DNA from: Planctomycetota bacterium
Lineage (GTDB): Bacteria > Planctomycetota > GCA-002687715 > CAIWVZ01
Reading direction: 5' to 3'
NCBI GenBank assembly: GCA_044222185.1
Contig: JBGANV010000008.1
Location: forward strand, 224,001 to 288,000
Length of the DNA: 64,000 nt
Below are positions 47,201-55,772 of this stretch, one piece after another. The notes below the pieces were generated by a model that was given only the letters and a program-made list of their open reading frames with translations, did not search any database and was not told the DNA's origin. Positions within the stretch are counted from its first letter, which is position 1; every line of letters begins with the position of its first letter. A program made the translations under genes and the position numbers.

Positions 47201-47537
47201 CGAAACCCGCTCCAACCAGCTCGAATCCGCCGCACTCGACATCCTGCGGTCACGGCCTCAGGACCCGGATGCCAGCATGCGAACTGCGTTGGTGTTCATC
47301 GAGCGACGGCTTCGGACCTGGACGAAGGTGGCTGTGGCCGAACCCGCCGCCGCAGACTCACTTCGTGCCATGCGCCGGCTCCTCCGTCATGCGGCCTTCG
47401 CGTCGGCGACGACGACGGCCGCTCTCGACGCGCTCAGCCCCGATCAGAATCTCGCCTGGCGAAAGCTGATCGACGGGTTGAAGCTCGCAGTCGAAAACCT
47501 GGCTGCTCAGGTCGAGACACGACCGGTCGTCAGATGA
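44283..47537 (+). CDS. Hanks-type Ser/Thr protein kinase with TM and TPR-like repeats
   Basis: LGRGGQGEV, VALK, HRDVKPSN, DFGLA, GTSAYLAPE, DLYAFG; hydrophobic segment; helical TPR tail. Confidence 0.95.
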   Translation: MNERILNAFLKAIAHDRSLGITRTLAEYQALWAGHEDDIARKFREIFGNEEDGAAPPSANAGRIGSYELVRLLGRGGQGEVHLARDLRLGRQVALKILDAGVVLSPAAQVRFKREAELAARLDHPGLGTVFEAGQEGRCSFIATAFHGGGSLAHAIEAARADRNAAPFVPRDGAALRRLARAFADLAGALAVAHDAGVLHRDVKPSNIMLREDGGLVLIDFGLARAIVDDATMDVTQSGELFGTSAYLAPELISGRGRPDRRTDLYAFGATLFETLTGRPPFDGPTREAILDRVLREDPARPSTRNPVIPRDLDAIVETLLDKDPDRRYADAAAVAQDLLAVAEGRPVSVVRLTAAGRARRWLRRRPLVAGLILLVALGLATASVFLGLWIADRPAVAETLRRERAAACERLLEDASFQLHHGSLPIASRLVNEAIAADPDSIDARALGAIIAVASTKTVDDALLAPLRANGREDLVAPIRALAAFEAGSLDDADRKLAEAPPPTSAVAHFTQGMVRLRIAHHGRPAESRATSAADARPDESALHELDLAVATATVARRLYHMERLHAAFHLGDRKRCLDVVEAATPICGSSPTGSAWIVECLAEAGESERALKLAQSILAEHAEALRERPHLHARVFDDCLVLLARLGDSRAVIEQADRFTALFPGQPQGMIQKARAKARLGELEEAAAVLAEIERRGLLSGADAGTRMTFLSFAADLARAAGQPTEAIRRLKEAVTVSPSDPGARVALARMLFETNDPGALAAARTAVETSPADAWSWARLGVLADDGAEAERALSRACELPGTPSFAGAELARRLEARGRFDEAITLCERSLRAGFEPARGQLAEIYVALGETDALERLAKEGLSTNPADPYPTLAAAFAARERGRFAEAASLAERSLELAQSAGRPPPDAAHALAEDSAALAAALEDEDAAADAVAKARLAHAIALSDKRARTEEAWRAAMEALGRAADETRSNQLESAALDILRSRPQDPDASMRTALVFIERRLRTWTKVAVAEPAAADSLRAMRRLLRHAAFASATTTAALDALSPDQNLAWRKLIDGLKLAVENLAAQVETRPVVR

Positions 47538-47876
47538 CGCCGGTGCGCGGGGCCGAGCGCACGCGATTCCCCGGACGAACCGCCCAATGCGCTTTATGAC
47601 TCGAAGCGGCGCCCGAGATCCTCCCGGCGCGCGCACCTTCAACGGATCGACGGTGGGCCCCCGCACGGCGCGCGACCGTTCCAACGGTTCCGTCGAGGGG
47701 TGGCGCCCCGCTCAAGCCAGGGCCTGAAGACTCCCGAAAAAACCACAACGGCGTATCGACGCGTCGCCAGTCCCGCGTGAGACGCGGACACCGCTCATGC
47801 CGCGGCGGCATGGACCCCGCGGTGCATCGTTCGGCGACCGTTCATCCGCAGGCATTTCCACCCGAAGGACCGGCAC

Positions 47877-48554
47877 ATGGATGCCGTCGAGGAACACATC
47901 GGCACGACCGCGAACTCATTGCCCCGCGCGACCCGTCGGCGCATCTTCGCGACGATCGCGGCGTGCAGTTGGATGCTGATCCTCGTCTTCGGCGCGGTTC
48001 CGCTGTGGATCTACGGCGCGACGTCGGGCCCGGACGCGGAGGCGTTGCGGCGATGGCCTTCCGACAGCGGGATCGCACACCTGCCGGGCAAAGCGACGTT
48101 GCTCGTGTTCGCGCATCCCAAGTGCCCCTGCACGGCGGCCACGCTCACCGAACTTCGTGCCGTGTTGTCGCGGTTCGCCGCAGGGTTGGATGCGGTGATG
48201 GTGTTCGTACAGCCCGACGGCGTCAGCGAGGAGTGGTGTCACGACGATCTGTGGCGCAGCGCGAGCGCGATTCCCGACCTCCGCCGGGCGATCGACCCTG
48301 GCGGTCGCGAAGCCCAGCGCTTCGGCGCACGCACGTCCGGTCACGTGATGCTCTACTCGGCTGACACGGAGCTCCTCTTCTCCGGTGGCATCACGCATGC
48401 ACGCGGAGACGCCGGGGATGATGCGCACGCCAAGCTGCTCATAGATGCGATCCTCACAGGACGGCCGCCCCACCCCCTCGGCAGTTCCACCGCCGACCGC
48501 GTGCCGCTGCACGCGCCCGTCTTCGGCTGCCTCCTGATGGAGGATGCACGATGA
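47877..48554 (+). CDS. RedB-like thioredoxin-fold membrane-anchored protein (HPxCPC)
   Basis: GAAGGA RBS; one TM; LVFAHPKCPCT, FGARTSG, LFSGGIT, PVFGC. Overlaps the kinase start (ATGA). Confidence 0.7.
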   Translation: MDAVEEHIGTTANSLPRATRRRIFATIAACSWMLILVFGAVPLWIYGATSGPDAEALRRWPSDSGIAHLPGKATLLVFAHPKCPCTAATLTELRAVLSRFAAGLDAVMVFVQPDGVSEEWCHDDLWRSASAIPDLRRAIDPGGREAQRFGARTSGHVMLYSADTELLFSGGITHARGDAGDDAHAKLLIDAILTGRPPHPLGSSTADRVPLHAPVFGCLLMEDAR

Positions 48555-50491
48555 GCCGCCGATATTCGGACATGAACGTGCCGGTCCCGTCGAATGCCGT
48601 CGCGCGTGCAGAGGAGCTCTACGAGAAGCAGCTCGACACCACGTTCCGGCAACACGATCGCCTCTTCGGGCGCCTGTTCCTGTTGCAGTGGGTGTGCGCG
48701 ATCGTGATGGCGTTCACCTGGTCGCCCTATGCGTGGGAGGGCAAGACGCGATCGACGCATACACACGTCATCTACGCGATCTTCTTCGGAGCTGCGCTCA
48801 CCATTCCGGCGCTCGTGATGATCCGGCGGGCGTCGGGCACGATGTGGACGCGCCAACTGATCGCCGTCTCGCAGTCGTCCTGGTCAGCCCTGCTCATTCA
48901 CCTCACCGGAGGAAGGATCGAGACGCACTTCCACATCTTCGTGTCGCTCGCGTTCCTCGCGTTCTACACGGATTGGAAGGTGATCGTCTCCGCAGCCGCG
49001 GCCGTCATCATCGATCATCTGTGCCGAGGCCTGCTCTGGGCGGAATCCGTCTACGGGATCACGAACCCCGAGTCCTGGAGGATCTTCGAACACGCTTTCT
49101 GGGTCTCATTCGAGTGCGTCGCCCTCATCCTGGGAATCCGCGAGACGCGTCGTTCGTGGCGCGAACTCGCGGTTCGCCAGGCGGCCCTCGAATCGGCGAA
49201 CGAGGCCGTCGAAGCGAAGGTGGCCGAGCGCACGGAGGACCTGGCAGCCAGCCGTGAGCTCTACCGGGCCCTCCTCGAGACGACGAAGACGGTTCCCTGG
49301 GAGCTCGATCCGGCGACCCAGCGATTCACGTACGTCGGTCCCCAGATCGAGCAGCTTCTTGGATTCCCACCGGACGAGTGCACGAGGGACGGCTTCCTCC
49401 GTGCCGTCCTCCACTCCGACGACGCGGCGCACGCGCGCAAGACGATGATGCTCGTCCGACTGGGCTCGACCTGCGACGTGGAGGTCCGAGCCCAGCGCGC
49501 CGACGGTTCGTGGTTGTGGGTGCGCATGATCGGGACGCTCGTGTCTGCGAAATTCGACGGCACCGGCCGCGATCCTGATTGGCCGGCCTCCGTCCTTCGC
49601 GGCGTCATGTTCGACACGACGGAGCGGCGGGAGATGGAGCGTCAACTGAACCAGTCGCAGAAACTGGAGTCCGTCGGGCGCCTCGCCTCCGGAATCGCTC
49701 ACGAAATCAACACGCCGGTCCAATTCATCACCGACAGCATCCATTTCGTTCGCGATGCCACGGCGGATCTCGGGAAGTTGGTGAACGACTGGCAGGAGCT
49801 GACGCGAGCCGTCGTGGCGGGCCAGGACGCCACACCCGTCGCACGCCGGGCAGAGAAGCGCGAGGAGGAGATCGAGGTCGGGTACATCCTCGAGAACATC
49901 CCGAAGGCGCTGGACCGCTCGATCGATGGATTGAACCGCGTCACGACGATCGTGCAGTCGATGCGCGCATTCGCCCATCCCGACCAGCACTGCATGTCGG
50001 CCGTGGACCTGAACGACGCCATCGAGAGCACGCTCACGATCGCCCGCAACGAATACAAATACGTCGCAGACGTGCGAACGGACTACGGTGACATCCCGAC
50101 GGTCATCTGCCACGTCAGCGACGTGAACCAGGCCGTCCTCAACATCATCGTGAATGCCGCACACGCCATTCAGGACGTGGTCGAGGGCACTGAGCACCGC
50201 GGCTTGATCACCGTCCGCACGCGGTTGGACGGCGACACCGTCGTGATCACCATTGCCGACACGGGCCGGGGCATCCCCGTGGAGATCCGCGACCGCGTCT
50301 TCGATCCGTTCTTCACGACGAAGGAGGTCGGACGCGGGACCGGACAAGGCCTGGCGATCGCACGCGCCGCGATCGTCGACAAGCACCACGGCCAACTGAC
50401 GTTCACCAGCGAGCCGAACCGTGGAACGACCTTCACGATTCGTCTTCCGCTGGCGCCCGCGCCAACTCGCCTCGAAGGAGCCGTCACGTGA
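48551..50491 (+). CDS. Membrane-bound PAS sensor histidine kinase
   Basis: Multi-TM N-terminus (GGRIETHFHIF), PAS region, H-box GIAHEINTP, N-box LNIIVNAAHA, DTGRGI, FDPFFTTK, GTGQGL. Confidence 0.95.
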   Translation: MSRRYSDMNVPVPSNAVARAEELYEKQLDTTFRQHDRLFGRLFLLQWVCAIVMAFTWSPYAWEGKTRSTHTHVIYAIFFGAALTIPALVMIRRASGTMWTRQLIAVSQSSWSALLIHLTGGRIETHFHIFVSLAFLAFYTDWKVIVSAAAAVIIDHLCRGLLWAESVYGITNPESWRIFEHAFWVSFECVALILGIRETRRSWRELAVRQAALESANEAVEAKVAERTEDLAASRELYRALLETTKTVPWELDPATQRFTYVGPQIEQLLGFPPDECTRDGFLRAVLHSDDAAHARKTMMLVRLGSTCDVEVRAQRADGSWLWVRMIGTLVSAKFDGTGRDPDWPASVLRGVMFDTTERREMERQLNQSQKLESVGRLASGIAHEINTPVQFITDSIHFVRDATADLGKLVNDWQELTRAVVAGQDATPVARRAEKREEEIEVGYILENIPKALDRSIDGLNRVTTIVQSMRAFAHPDQHCMSAVDLNDAIESTLTIARNEYKYVADVRTDYGDIPTVICHVSDVNQAVLNIIVNAAHAIQDVVEGTEHRGLITVRTRLDGDTVVITIADTGRGIPVEIRDRVFDPFFTTKEVGRGTGQGLAIARAAIVDKHHGQLTFTSEPNRGTTFTIRLPLAPAPTRLEGAVT

Positions 50492-51708
50492 CGCGACCAC
50501 GAGTCCTCTTCGTCGACGACGAGCCGCAGGTACTCGACGCGCTGGAGAACTGCCTGCGCAAGAAGCGGAACGAATGGGACCTCGTCTTCGCGCTGGGCGG
50601 ATCTGCCGCGGCGACGGAGCTCGGCCGTGCGCCGTTCGACGTCATCGTGTCGGACCTGCGCATGCCGGGTCTCGACGGCGCCTCGTTCCTGCAAGTCGCA
50701 CGGGAGGCGTGCCCGGGAGCAGTCCGCATCGTGTTGTCGGGACAGGCGGAGCGAGAGACGGTGCGCAGGACGCTGCCCGTCGCCCACCAGTTCCTCGCAA
50801 AGCCGTGCGAACCACAGGCGCTGCGAAACGTGATCGGCCAGGCGCTCCGTGTCTCGGCGTGCCTCGCGAATCCCACGGTCCGCGACCTCGTCGGCAAGAT
50901 GGACAAGCTGCCGTCCGTGCCCGAGATCTACACCGAACTCTCCACGGCCTCCGAGAACCCGAACGTCTCCGCGCCCGAGTTGGCCCGCATCTGCGAGAAG
51001 GACCCCGCGATCACGGCGAAAGTGCTGCAGCTCGTCAACTCTGCGTTTTTCGGGCTGAGGCAGGCGACGGCGTCGATCGAACAGGCCGTGGGCTACCTCG
51101 GATCCGAGCTGCTTCGCGGCCTCGTGTTGACGGCCCACGTGTTCACGTCCGCGGGGTCACCACCGCCCGACATCCTGTCGATCGCTCGCCTGCAAGAGCA
51201 CTCGCTTCTCACGGCGCAGCTTGCGCGGCGCTTCCTCAGGGGTCGCACCGTCGCAGACGAGGCGTTCACCGCCGGACTCCTCCACGACATCGGCCGGCTC
51301 GCCCTGTCGATCGCCGTTCCCGACGAGATGCGGGCCATCCGGACGGAAATGGCCGCGACGGGCGAGCCGCTGCACGTGATCGAGAGGCGTCGATTGAGCA
51401 CCTCGCACACCGAAGTCGGGGCGTTCATCCTCGGCGGCTGGGGGCTCCCATTCTCGCTCGTGGAGGCCGTCGAGCACCACGAGACACCGGGCATGTTCCC
51501 TGACGGCGACCTCCTCGCGCTCGCCGCGGTTCACGTCGCCGATGCGCTGACCGACCACCTGACGATGGACGGCGCTCGTGCGCCAGCCCAGCCGTTGCTC
51601 GATGCGGCGTTCATCCAGCGGGCGGGGTTGGCGGATTCGGTCCCGGTATGGCTCGCGATCGCACAGCACGAGTTCCGGGCGATCCGGGGCGGCGACGCGC
51701 CGGCCTGA
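50488..51708 (+). CDS. Response regulator with HDOD output domain
   Basis: REC: VLFVDDE, VSDLRMPG, LSG, LAKP. HDOD: LPSVP, DPAITAKVLQLVNSAFFG, HS, AGLLHDIG, H.EVG. Confidence 0.95.
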   Translation: MTRPRVLFVDDEPQVLDALENCLRKKRNEWDLVFALGGSAAATELGRAPFDVIVSDLRMPGLDGASFLQVAREACPGAVRIVLSGQAERETVRRTLPVAHQFLAKPCEPQALRNVIGQALRVSACLANPTVRDLVGKMDKLPSVPEIYTELSTASENPNVSAPELARICEKDPAITAKVLQLVNSAFFGLRQATASIEQAVGYLGSELLRGLVLTAHVFTSAGSPPPDILSIARLQEHSLLTAQLARRFLRGRTVADEAFTAGLLHDIGRLALSIAVPDEMRAIRTEMAATGEPLHVIERRRLSTSHTEVGAFILGGWGLPFSLVEAVEHHETPGMFPDGDLLALAAVHVADALTDHLTMDGARAPAQPLLDAAFIQRAGLADSVPVWLAIAQHEFRAIRGGDAPA

Positions 51709-51765
51709 CGCCGGACGCGCCGCGACGTGAGCGCGGGCGGAGCGAACCTCCCCCGCGTCACCCGC

Positions 51766-53850
51766 TCACGGAACGATCGGGATGGTCACGGCGTTGGTCG
51801 CGCCGAGCGACACGCCGTTCCACATGGCGACATCGAGGGTGAGTTCCACTCCGATGAACGCGGGCGGCAACGAGAACCCATTGATGGCGAGCCCCATGTC
51901 CGCCGACCCCGTCGCGCCGAGCAGACCGGACGCATTGACGAACGGCGGCGTCGCCGGATTCGCGATCACGGCGTTCGTGAGGGCGTCGAAGTTCACCGGC
52001 AACGTGATGCCGAGGATTGGCGTGCCCGGCGTGGAGCCCGACAGCGATGGGAGCAACAGGTAGACGTTCCCGGCCTGAGCCGAGTTCGTGTGCACCGTGA
52101 GCCGCTGATCGACGAGCGCGGCCGCCGACTGCGACAGCGGATACGCCGCCAACACCGGTTGTGTGTACGGCAGGAACGGCAGCGTCACCGACGACTGCGT
52201 CGCTCCGCCTTCGATGACCGTCACGACCGAGCTCATGAAGACGGGCGCCACCTCGATCTCCGCGGCCGAACCGGTCGGCGGACGGTGGATGTGCATGTTC
52301 TCGACGGTGACGCGAATCCGATGCCCCTGCCGGAACGCATACGACTGGAGGTAGGGGTGGATCGTGACGGTGTTGAGGCCGAGCGCTCCACGCGTGGTGA
52401 ACGAGTCACTGGTGACCCAGCGCTGCGCGCCGTTGGGCGCGACGTCGAAGATCACCGCGTGCAGCTGGTAATCGGGCGCCGTGGAGTTCACGCGAAGCTC
52501 GATGGTCGCGATGCCCTGCATCAGTCGATCGGTGGCGAGCGGCGGGGACGTCCAGGACACCGAATCAGGCGGAATGATCGCGGCGAGCTGCGCCGCCGTC
52601 GGCAACAACCCGACGTAGGCCGGCATCGCGAACCCGGGCGGCACGGCGTGAATCAGAGGGTTCGCCGTCGGGCCGACAGCGGGCGCGGCCTGCAGGTTTC
52701 CACCGGCCGCCATGAAGAACTGCTGGCTGACCGCCGTCGGCGCGGGGATCGCGTCCTGGACGCGGAAATCCCACAGCGAGCTCGAGTCCTGGTACGTCGT
52801 GACGTTCTCCGGGGTGACCTCCGCGAGGATGCGATTGCCCGAGGCCACGCCGTTGGGAACGCTCTTCAGGAACCGGTTGAACCAGTCTCGGCGCGTTTCT
52901 TCGAAGAGCGCACGGTCGCGTTGGTTGCTGGGCGAATCGTGCCCGCCGGTTCCGGCCTGGAACTTCTTCGGTGTCGCATTGGGCACCAGGGTCCATGCGA
53001 GAAGGCCAGACGACGGATAGACGCGCTTGTCGTCGTAGGAGACGTGCGCAAACACCGGCACGGTCATGTTCTGGAGGAGTGGCGTGGCGTCCATGCCGGG
53101 TGCGTTGACGAACGCGGCGACCGCGGCGAAGTTCTCGGCGAGGACGAGTGGCTGGAGGAAAGCCATCTCAGCCGGGCGGTACTCGAAGTTCGGGTTCGGA
53201 ACGAACACCTTCTCGAGGAAGTTCGGGGAGAAGGCGTTCCCGTTCGGACCGCTCCCCAGACCGGCTTCCGAGTCCTTCGGAACGATGGCCGAGATGACCG
53301 GGAACGGCGCCACGCGCCACGGGTTCGGCGGAGGAACGCGACCGGAGTGCTGGCCGGCCCACCAGGAGTGCTGTGCACCCTGGGAGTAGCCCGTCACACC
53401 GATCCGGTTGAAATCCACGAATGGTGGGAAGAACGCCTCCGTCTGCTCCATCACCTCGAAGAGGTCGATGAGCTCGCGGACACCCTGGAATGTGTGGGCC
53501 AGCGCCAACGGGTTCAGCGTGAGGAAGTCACCCTGACCGCGGACGTCGTAGGCGCACGTGATGTACCCGTGCGACGCGAAGTTCAGTGCCTCTCCGGCGA
53601 CGACCGACCGATCACCGCCGCCCCCGTGGACGAAGACGATGAGGGGCCAGCCGCACGGTCCCGGCGCGCCCACGGGCATCCGCACGTCCATTCGCGCGCG
53701 GGCGCCGTCGCTGAAGTTCGCGACGAGATTCAGGAACTGCTGGACCGGAAATCCGCCGGGCGGCACGGCGGGGTCGGGGCACTGCGCGCGCAGGAACTGC
53801 GGCAGCGCCAAAACGATGAGCAACGCGGGAACGATGAAAAAGCGTGACAT
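51766..53850 (-). CDS. Secreted CocE/NonD (peptidase S15-like) alpha/beta hydrolase with C-terminal domain
   Basis: GGAG RBS and signal peptide; FVHGGGG, YDVRGQG, nucleophile GYSQG, GGH, WFNRFLK; jelly-roll with F..GHRIRV. Confidence 0.88.
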   Translation of the reverse strand: MSRFFIVPALLIVLALPQFLRAQCPDPAVPPGGFPVQQFLNLVANFSDGARARMDVRMPVGAPGPCGWPLIVFVHGGGGDRSVVAGEALNFASHGYITCAYDVRGQGDFLTLNPLALAHTFQGVRELIDLFEVMEQTEAFFPPFVDFNRIGVTGYSQGAQHSWWAGQHSGRVPPPNPWRVAPFPVISAIVPKDSEAGLGSGPNGNAFSPNFLEKVFVPNPNFEYRPAEMAFLQPLVLAENFAAVAAFVNAPGMDATPLLQNMTVPVFAHVSYDDKRVYPSSGLLAWTLVPNATPKKFQAGTGGHDSPSNQRDRALFEETRRDWFNRFLKSVPNGVASGNRILAEVTPENVTTYQDSSSLWDFRVQDAIPAPTAVSQQFFMAAGGNLQAAPAVGPTANPLIHAVPPGFAMPAYVGLLPTAAQLAAIIPPDSVSWTSPPLATDRLMQGIATIELRVNSTAPDYQLHAVIFDVAPNGAQRWVTSDSFTTRGALGLNTVTIHPYLQSYAFRQGHRIRVTVENMHIHRPPTGSAAEIEVAPVFMSSVVTVIEGGATQSSVTLPFLPYTQPVLAAYPLSQSAAALVDQRLTVHTNSAQAGNVYLLLPSLSGSTPGTPILGITLPVNFDALTNAVIANPATPPFVNASGLLGATGSADMGLAINGFSLPPAFIGVELTLDVAMWNGVSLGATNAVTIPIVP

Positions 53851-54001
53851 GAGTAGTCTCCGTTTGACGCCGACCGCGCGCTCGGGGGGTGCGTGCGCCC
53901 GGAATGGCAGCGCGGCGGCGGGGCTTTGAAATTGCCCGGGCACCCCCCTATGCGTCACTTCGCCGTCGCGGGAGCTGAAGAAATCTCCGCGTCGTCGCAA
54001 G

Positions 54002-55105
54002 TCACTTGCTCGTGGGTGCTTGCAAGCACGCCTCCAGCAGCCGCCGCCCCAACCCGGCAATGTCCTTCGCGGCTTCGAGATTCGTGAGGCACACGACTGC
54101 GGCGCGCCGGTCGGGGCGCATGTAGAGAACGGTCGTCGTACCTTGCTGCCCTCCGGTGTGAAGAACGTCCGTGTGATCGCCGCGCTTCGCGACGGCGAAG
54201 CCCAGGCCGTAGCCGGTCGCTCGACCGTCGCGCGTCGTCTGGGGAGTCCACATCTCCTGACGGGTCGCCGCCTTCACGAGGCGGTCGTCGAAGAGCGCGA
54301 TCGCGAACCGCGCGATGTCTCCCGCGGTCGAGCTGAACCCACCGCCGGCCACCTTCGCGCTGGTGTCGGCGAGGGCGCAGTTCTCGAGCGTGCCGTCACT
54401 CCGCAGGCGGTAGCCCCGGGCTCGATGCGGGATCAACCGGTGTGAATCGTCCGTCTGCGAATGGGTCATTCCGGCCCGTGCGAAGACGTTCCTCTGCATC
54501 AAATCGGGAAACGAAGCCCCGACGACCGCTTCGAGCACGCACCCGAGCACCGTGTAGCCGTAGGTCGAGTAGCCATGTTTCGTCCCGGGCGCGAACGCGA
54601 GCGCGTCCTCTTTGAACGGATCGAGGGACTGCGTGAGGTTCGGATAATGGCGCGTGCTGTCGATCTCGCCGGGACGATAGTGCCGGATGCCACTCTGATG
54701 AGTGAGGAGAAGGCGGGTCGTGATCGTGGCGCCCTTGTCGGGAAACGCCGTGCACCACTTGCGGCAGTCGTCGTCGATGCCGAGCTTCCCCGCCTCGACC
54801 TGTTGCATGACCGCCACGGCTGTCAGCGATTTCGAGATCGACGCAAGCCGGAAGACGGACTCGGGCGTGACCTCGACGGCGTTCTCGAGGTCGGCCTTCC
54901 CGTAGCTTCGCTCCAATCGGAGGACACCGTCCAGTACGACCGCGACTCCAGCACCCGGGATCCGCCCCTGCTCCATGGCCGGTTTGATGACCGAGTCGAC
55001 TGCGGTGGTGAGATCGGCGGGGCGAGACTCCTGGGCGACGCCTGCGGTGATGGCGACGAACGCCCAGACGACTGCGGTGCCGAGGAAGCGAAGCCGATGA
55101 TTCAT
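54002..55105 (-). CDS. Serine hydrolase, beta-lactamase class C/AmpC-like family, exported
   Basis: Signal peptide; IPGA, FRLASISK (SxxK), LLTHQSG, F.PG..HGYST (YxN variant), HTG. Confidence 0.92.
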   Translation of the reverse strand: MNHRLRFLGTAVVWAFVAITAGVAQESRPADLTTAVDSVIKPAMEQGRIPGAGVAVVLDGVLRLERSYGKADLENAVEVTPESVFRLASISKSLTAVAVMQQVEAGKLGIDDDCRKWCTAFPDKGATITTRLLLTHQSGIRHYRPGEIDSTRHYPNLTQSLDPFKEDALAFAPGTKHGYSTYGYTVLGCVLEAVVGASFPDLMQRNVFARAGMTHSQTDDSHRLIPHRARGYRLRSDGTLENCALADTSAKVAGGGFSSTAGDIARFAIALFDDRLVKAATRQEMWTPQTTRDGRATGYGLGFAVAKRGDHTDVLHTGGQQGTTTVLYMRPDRRAAVVCLTNLEAAKDIAGLGRRLLEACLQAPTSK

Positions 55106-55136
55106 CGCTGAGATCTCCATCCGGCGAAGGCCGGGT

Positions 55137-55772
55137 TCATTCATGGGCGCGCAGGGCGTCGGCGAGGCGGCCGCCCTGAAGGTCACGTACCACCGCGGTC
55201 AGTCGCACCAGGGCTCGATTGAATCGCATGCGAGCGGCATCTTCGGCGATCCCGAGGCTCGTCGCGGCCTCTGCGAACGAACGCCCTTCCAGCTCACGCA
55301 GCTGGATGATGCGGCGGTCGTCGGTCGCGAGGAGCTCGAGCGCCAGCCGCACCCAGTCGCGCGTCTCGTTCCGCATGGCCGTCTGGCTGGGCGTCGTGAC
55401 CGAATCCACGGGCCGATCCAGGTCGATCACGCTGTCCCCTGGCATGGGACGCTCGCGAAGAACGTCCCGCCGCTGCGCCCGCCACCGGTCGTGCTCGTCG
55501 CGAAGGACGTTCTCGGCGATGCGCCCGAGCAGCGCCCGCAGATGCGCCGCGTCCGAGAGCAGACAACGAGGACCATAGGCGAGGAACGCGGCGACGACTT
55601 CCTGCACGAGGTCGTCCGTCTCCGCCTTCCAATGTATGAGCGCGCCGAGTCGGCGGTGAACGTGGTCGCGGATGAACGGCAGGTGGTCGCGCAGGATCGC
55701 CGCCATGGCGGACGGCTCGCCGCGGTGAACGGCCGCAAGCAGGTCGCGCGTCGAGGTGTGAGGCAGGCTCAT
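55137..55772 (-). CDS. ECF sigma-70 factor translationally coupled to the upstream kinase
   Basis: ATG 55772 overlaps the kinase stop; RRLG...ETDDLVQE, TPSQ, LATDDRRIIQLRELEGRSFAEAA..LG..EDAARMRFNRAL. Confidence 0.92.
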   Translation of the reverse strand: MSLPHTSTRDLLAAVHRGEPSAMAAILRDHLPFIRDHVHRRLGALIHWKAETDDLVQEVVAAFLAYGPRCLLSDAAHLRALLGRIAENVLRDEHDRWRAQRRDVLRERPMPGDSVIDLDRPVDSVTTPSQTAMRNETRDWVRLALELLATDDRRIIQLRELEGRSFAEAATSLGIAEDAARMRFNRALVRLTAVVRDLQGGRLADALRAHE

